Sequence record: SRR31156797_5663
DNA: 56,259 bases
Reading direction: 5' to 3' (one strand)
A model generated the notes under the pieces. The model worked only from the letters and a program-made list of their open reading frames with translations. It did not search any database and had not been told where the DNA came from. Shown here piece by piece: positions 52,900-56,259 of this stretch; position 1 is the first letter of the stretch; every line of letters begins with the position of its first letter. The position numbers were made by a program, and so were the translations under genes.

Positions 52900-54423
52900 T
52901 CAAATCGATTGGGCAAAAACGAGCTTTTCAAAAGCTGCCTTGTTCTTGGCACTTCTGATCTGTTTGATCGTTTGTTTAAGTTGTTTCCACTCCTTTGCGC
53001 TTGGTTGACCGTTCCAATAAAAGATATAGGGCTGTTCTTCCTCAGAAAATTCTTGATGAATCGGATAATCACTGATGACCAAATCTGGTTTTTGAGTAAG
53101 TGAAAGATGCGCCATCGCTCGATGCGTTGCATTCAATAGTCGGTTCTTCATCCAAAGTTCTTGCGTTTTTCCGTATTTCGAATGGATCGAGAAAGTGACT
53201 GGCTGTTCATATTTGATAAAAATAACTCTCAATAACATACAGTATTGGAAAATCAATCGGTCATTCTTTTGCAGCAATGCACGCAAATCAGGTAAAGAAA
53301 CAGTCGCTTCCTCAAAAAATCGTTTCACGGTCGGATAAAGCACTGGGAAAGCCGCTTGTAGCTCTTGCTTGTCGGTCGGTTTACCAAAACTATCACTTTT
53401 TTGTCGGGTACCAAAAAGGTTGGAAGCAGAATGGATCATTACGAAATTAACTAGTAAATAGTTTTTTTCAGCATCGGTAAACCTCAGACGAAAACACTGG
53501 GCTAGTTGTTCAACAAGTAATACTTCTGGCTGATACTTGGGTTGGGTCAACCACGAGAGTTCCGCGTCGCAAAGATTCTCTTCAAGATAGGTGTTCATTA
53601 CGCCAAACATAAAATACAAGAAGCTGCATTCAGGCTCCGAGATTTCAGTTAGAGAAAGGTGATTGCCGTTGAATAATGGCTTTAAAAAGACCTCAAAAAA
53701 CTGATTCCTTTCAATCAGTGGATGTTCAAAGGTACTTACTTCCTCTGGTAAAAAAGTGATTGGATGCTTTTGATGAATTCTTTGCAGGGAGATAGCGAAT
53801 AGATTAAGAAACTTATCGATATCGATTTTTCTCATATAAGAAGCATGAGTTTCAAACAAAGCCATAACGCTTTCTTTATCCTTGATCGATGCCACGACCT
53901 GTGAGTGCTTCTCATCGAAAATCTGCCAATAGGTTAAATGATAAAAATAGCGGATTGCGTATTCCTCACCTGTCAAGGGATCTCCTTTCTTCAGACTATA
54001 GGACAAATGATAGTTCGCCAAAATGTGATTTAGTTCTTTCAATTTTCGTTGGACCGTTCGGAGACTGCTGAAGGTTTTGAGGCTGAGTTGTTCAAGGGAG
54101 TGATAGTCCCCATGAAAGAGTGCATCGAGTAAGATAAACCCAACGGTTCCCTGTAACAATACATTATATGCTTGACTCAATAAAAATCGTGGAGAAAAAG
54201 CAATCACCACTTCTTTTTCTTGTTCATCATAAATCAACGTAAACTGAGGATAGCGGGCACAAAACCATTCGACTTGTTGCACGATCGACTGCATTTTATT
54301 CGTTCTCCTATTGAAAACATCAGAAAGCTCTTTAATTGTATATTTTGGTTTGTTCGTTTCGTAACAATAACTTAGAAACTGAAAAATTTGTTTTTCTGTG
54401 GTATCCAAAAGTGCGTGTAACAT
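52900..54423 (-). CDS. Mga/AtxA-like helix-turn-helix regulator
   Basis: About 507 aa with two N-terminal HTH regions (SLEQLSLKTFSSLRTVQRKLKEL), the GEEYAIRYFY motif and an EIIB-like end (DLVISD). Start moved to ATG 54423 (GAGGGA RBS). Confidence 0.85.
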   Translation of the reverse strand: MLHALLDTTEKQIFQFLSYCYETNKPKYTIKELSDVFNRRTNKMQSIVQQVEWFCARYPQFTLIYDEQEKEVVIAFSPRFLLSQAYNVLLQGTVGFILLDALFHGDYHSLEQLSLKTFSSLRTVQRKLKELNHILANYHLSYSLKKGDPLTGEEYAIRYFYHLTYWQIFDEKHSQVVASIKDKESVMALFETHASYMRKIDIDKFLNLFAISLQRIHQKHPITFLPEEVSTFEHPLIERNQFFEVFLKPLFNGNHLSLTEISEPECSFLYFMFGVMNTYLEENLCDAELSWLTQPKYQPEVLLVEQLAQCFRLRFTDAEKNYLLVNFVMIHSASNLFGTRQKSDSFGKPTDKQELQAAFPVLYPTVKRFFEEATVSLPDLRALLQKNDRLIFQYCMLLRVIFIKYEQPVTFSIHSKYGKTQELWMKNRLLNATHRAMAHLSLTQKPDLVISDYPIHQEFSEEEQPYIFYWNGQPSAKEWKQLKQTIKQIRSAKNKAAFEKLVFAQSI

Positions 54424-54480
54424 GAAAATTCCCTCGCTTGTATGGTCAGCCAAAGCTGTTTTTTGCTTTGAATCTATCAC

Positions 54481-54542
54481 CTTACAAAATTGTAAGCTGT
54501 GAATGTTTGGTGATCGTACCACTGTGCCCTCTTTTCTGTCAA
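54481..54542 (-). promoter_or_regulatory. Promoter of the Mga-like gene with a downstream CTTACA-N4-TGTAAG palindrome
   Basis: TTGACA (54542-54537), 18 bp spacer, TGgTACGAT; palindrome at 54481-54496. Confidence 0.65.
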
Positions 54543-54586
54543 ATTACTTTTAACAAATTTTCCTTTTGTTATCTGTATATTTTCAT

Positions 54587-54623
54587 AAAAAAAGTCTGAC
54601 GCCTCAAAACGATCGTCAGACTA
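54587..54623 (-). terminator. Intrinsic terminator of the LPKTG protein gene
   Basis: AGTCTGACG..CGTCAGACT stem with an A7 run. Confidence 0.75.
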
Positions 54624-54721
54624 ATTATGAATTACGGCAAAACAACACGTGATTGTGTATTCTGGGGAAGAAATTTCCAATCGTGGGTTATCAATTTTCT
54701 CATGATTTTTGGGTATGTTCG

Positions 54722-55771
54722 TTACAGCTTCTCATCATAAAATAACTTTCGCTTCAGCCAGTAAAGAAACACAGTCAGAACCACTACTAGACCAAAGAGT
54801 AGATAGCGAAGATTGGTAGTTTTGCTGCCGGTTTTCGGTAGTACGGCTGCATTGACCTCCTTGCCACTGCTTATCTCCGTGGGTTGAAGTTGTTCCTTTT
54901 TGTCTTGAGAAGATGTTGTCGCTTGGTGCTCTTCTGTACGGACACTAGATGAAACGCTCGCCTGACTTTTCTGGGATTGATTGGCTGGCAATCCTTTGGT
55001 TTTCTTTTGTGAATCTGAATGCTTTGACGAAGCAGATTCCTTCTCGGTAGACGTTATGGCTGTCGCTGCGTTTTCTTGACAGCTCTCTGTCTGACTTGGC
55101 TCGCTTTTAGTGACTGGTTGGGTGCTGACGGTTTCCGAATCACTGATATCGATAGTGCTTTGTGTGCTTTGGATGTCTTCACTGGTAATTTCAGCCTCAG
55201 AAGTCGTTGGACTCGTCGATTGAGACTCGCTAAATTTCGGCTCGATACTACTAGAGGAAGCGCTTGTTGCTACCGTTTCGTTTGAGCTTTTACTTGTCTC
55301 AGCTGTCGTACTCTCATTACTGCTTGGCGGCGCGGTTACTTGCCAATGACCGGGCTTCAGGTTTTCAGTTATTGTTGTTTCACCATCATATATAACAACT
55401 AAATCAACTTTATCCATACTTTTTATCTCATCAATAGCCATCTCCGCATGGATCCTTAAGTAGTTTTCAACACCTGAAAACCAATCGACTTTCGTTAAAA
55501 CTGTTTCGCCGATCACTTTTTCACTGTGTCCGTTCCCATCCCAACCATAAGTTAGTAAGACACGAACCTTTTGTGAAGTCAGTGTTTTGTTCGGACGTAC
55601 CGGAACCGTGATCATTTTCAAGGCTTCGTCATAAATCACTCGGTTCGTTTGTACAGAAAACGACAGATTTCCTCTGGAACGTTCTTTTGCTGAAGTATGA
55701 TCGAAACCAAACACAAGAATCAATAACCCTATTAGCAGTATTGTGATTAATACACCAACCAGTTTTCTCAT
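54722..55771 (-). CDS. LPXTG cell-wall-anchored protein with Ser/Thr-rich stalk
   Basis: Signal peptide, about 110-aa globular region, S/T/E-rich linker, LPKTG, hydrophobic helix and KRK tail. Confidence 0.9.
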   Translation of the reverse strand: MRKLVGVLITILLIGLLILVFGFDHTSAKERSRGNLSFSVQTNRVIYDEALKMITVPVRPNKTLTSQKVRVLLTYGWDGNGHSEKVIGETVLTKVDWFSGVENYLRIHAEMAIDEIKSMDKVDLVVIYDGETTITENLKPGHWQVTAPPSSNESTTAETSKSSNETVATSASSSSIEPKFSESQSTSPTTSEAEITSEDIQSTQSTIDISDSETVSTQPVTKSEPSQTESCQENAATAITSTEKESASSKHSDSQKKTKGLPANQSQKSQASVSSSVRTEEHQATTSSQDKKEQLQPTEISSGKEVNAAVLPKTGSKTTNLRYLLFGLVVVLTVFLYWLKRKLFYDEKL

Positions 55772-55849
55772 TTCCTCACTTCCTAAATGAATATTTCAAG
55801 ATAACTTGATAAAGAAATTATAATAAAATCTCAGAGAAAACATGCGCCG

Positions 55850-55890
55850 AAAAAAAAAGGAAAGTGGCCATAAAATGGCATCTTTCCTTT
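55850..55890 (-). terminator. Intrinsic terminator of the FPQTN protein gene
   Basis: AAAGGAAAG..GCCAT aaa ATGGC..CTTTCCTTT with an A9 run. Confidence 0.7.
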
Positions 55891-55953
55891 AAATAAGTCT
55901 TTATTAATTTTTCTTCCAAGTAATAAAACTGCCTCCAAAATTTCAGTTTCTAT

Positions 55954-56259
55954 CTACCTGATAAATTTACTCCAACCTAACTTCAATGCGCATCCTGCTA
56001 AAACCATTCCTATTGCAATCCATAAATGATTAGACACTTCATTCGTTTGAGGAAAGTGCTGTTTTTCTGATTGATTATGCAAATTATTTGTTTTGGATAA
56101 CTTATTGATCCCAGAGGATGAATTTTCAGGTGACACCGCCCCAGTATTACTAGAACTACTCCTGTTAGTTGCTTCGGTGGATTCACTGGTGCTACTGTCG
56201 CTACTTGGTTCCGTACTACTACTAGTGCGGCTTTCACTACTTGGTTCCGTGTTACTACT
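55954..56259 (-). CDS. C-terminal part of a Ser-rich sortase-anchored surface protein (5' end outside the window)
   Basis: Open frame from the window edge: SSNTEPSSESRTSSSTEPSSDSSTSEST..QHFPQTNEVSNHLWIAIGMVLAGCALKLGWSKFIR*. Confidence 0.8.
   Translation of the reverse strand, partial: SSNTEPSSESRTSSSTEPSSDSSTSESTEATNRSSSSNTGAVSPENSSSGINKLSKTNNLHNQSEKQHFPQTNEVSNHLWIAIGMVLAGCALKLGWSKFIR

Noticed and set aside
54424-54522. Longer GTG start of the Mga-like ORF
   Set aside because: It overlaps the predicted -10 and has no RBS; ATG 54423 is better supported.

Overview
Low-GC Firmicute chromosome segment. Gene content and order point to Enterococcus, possibly the casseliflavus/gallinarum group (inference). 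Most genes lie on the minus strand. Core blocks: partial prfC; ntdP-mutY-recX/rlmD; the glyQS T-box operon; rpsU-yqeY-phoH-pgpH-ybeY-dgkA-era-recO; zur; hom-thrC-thrB; trxB-pgm; yneF with a heterodimeric ABC exporter. Accessory modules between them: (i) a tightly coupled lipoate-protein ligase + MetNIQ-family ABC importer operon whose binding protein departs from the methionine-pocket motifs, the best candidate here for an undescribed system (lipoate salvage); (ii) an unknown 79-aa ORF between the glycine T-box and glyQ; (iii) an AraC/GH42/GH35 beta-galactosidase insert between recO and glyQ; (iv) a beta-glucoside locus with LicT-type antiterminator, RATs, PTS, RpiR, GH4 and GH1; (v) an Mga-family regulator with BceR-like palindromes, beside an ABC-2 exporter and two sortase-anchored proteins. 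I found no CRISPR array, rRNA, tRNA, integrase or transposase. Several start codons were moved from the ORF track to RBS-supported positions. All family calls come from motif recognition, not database searches.
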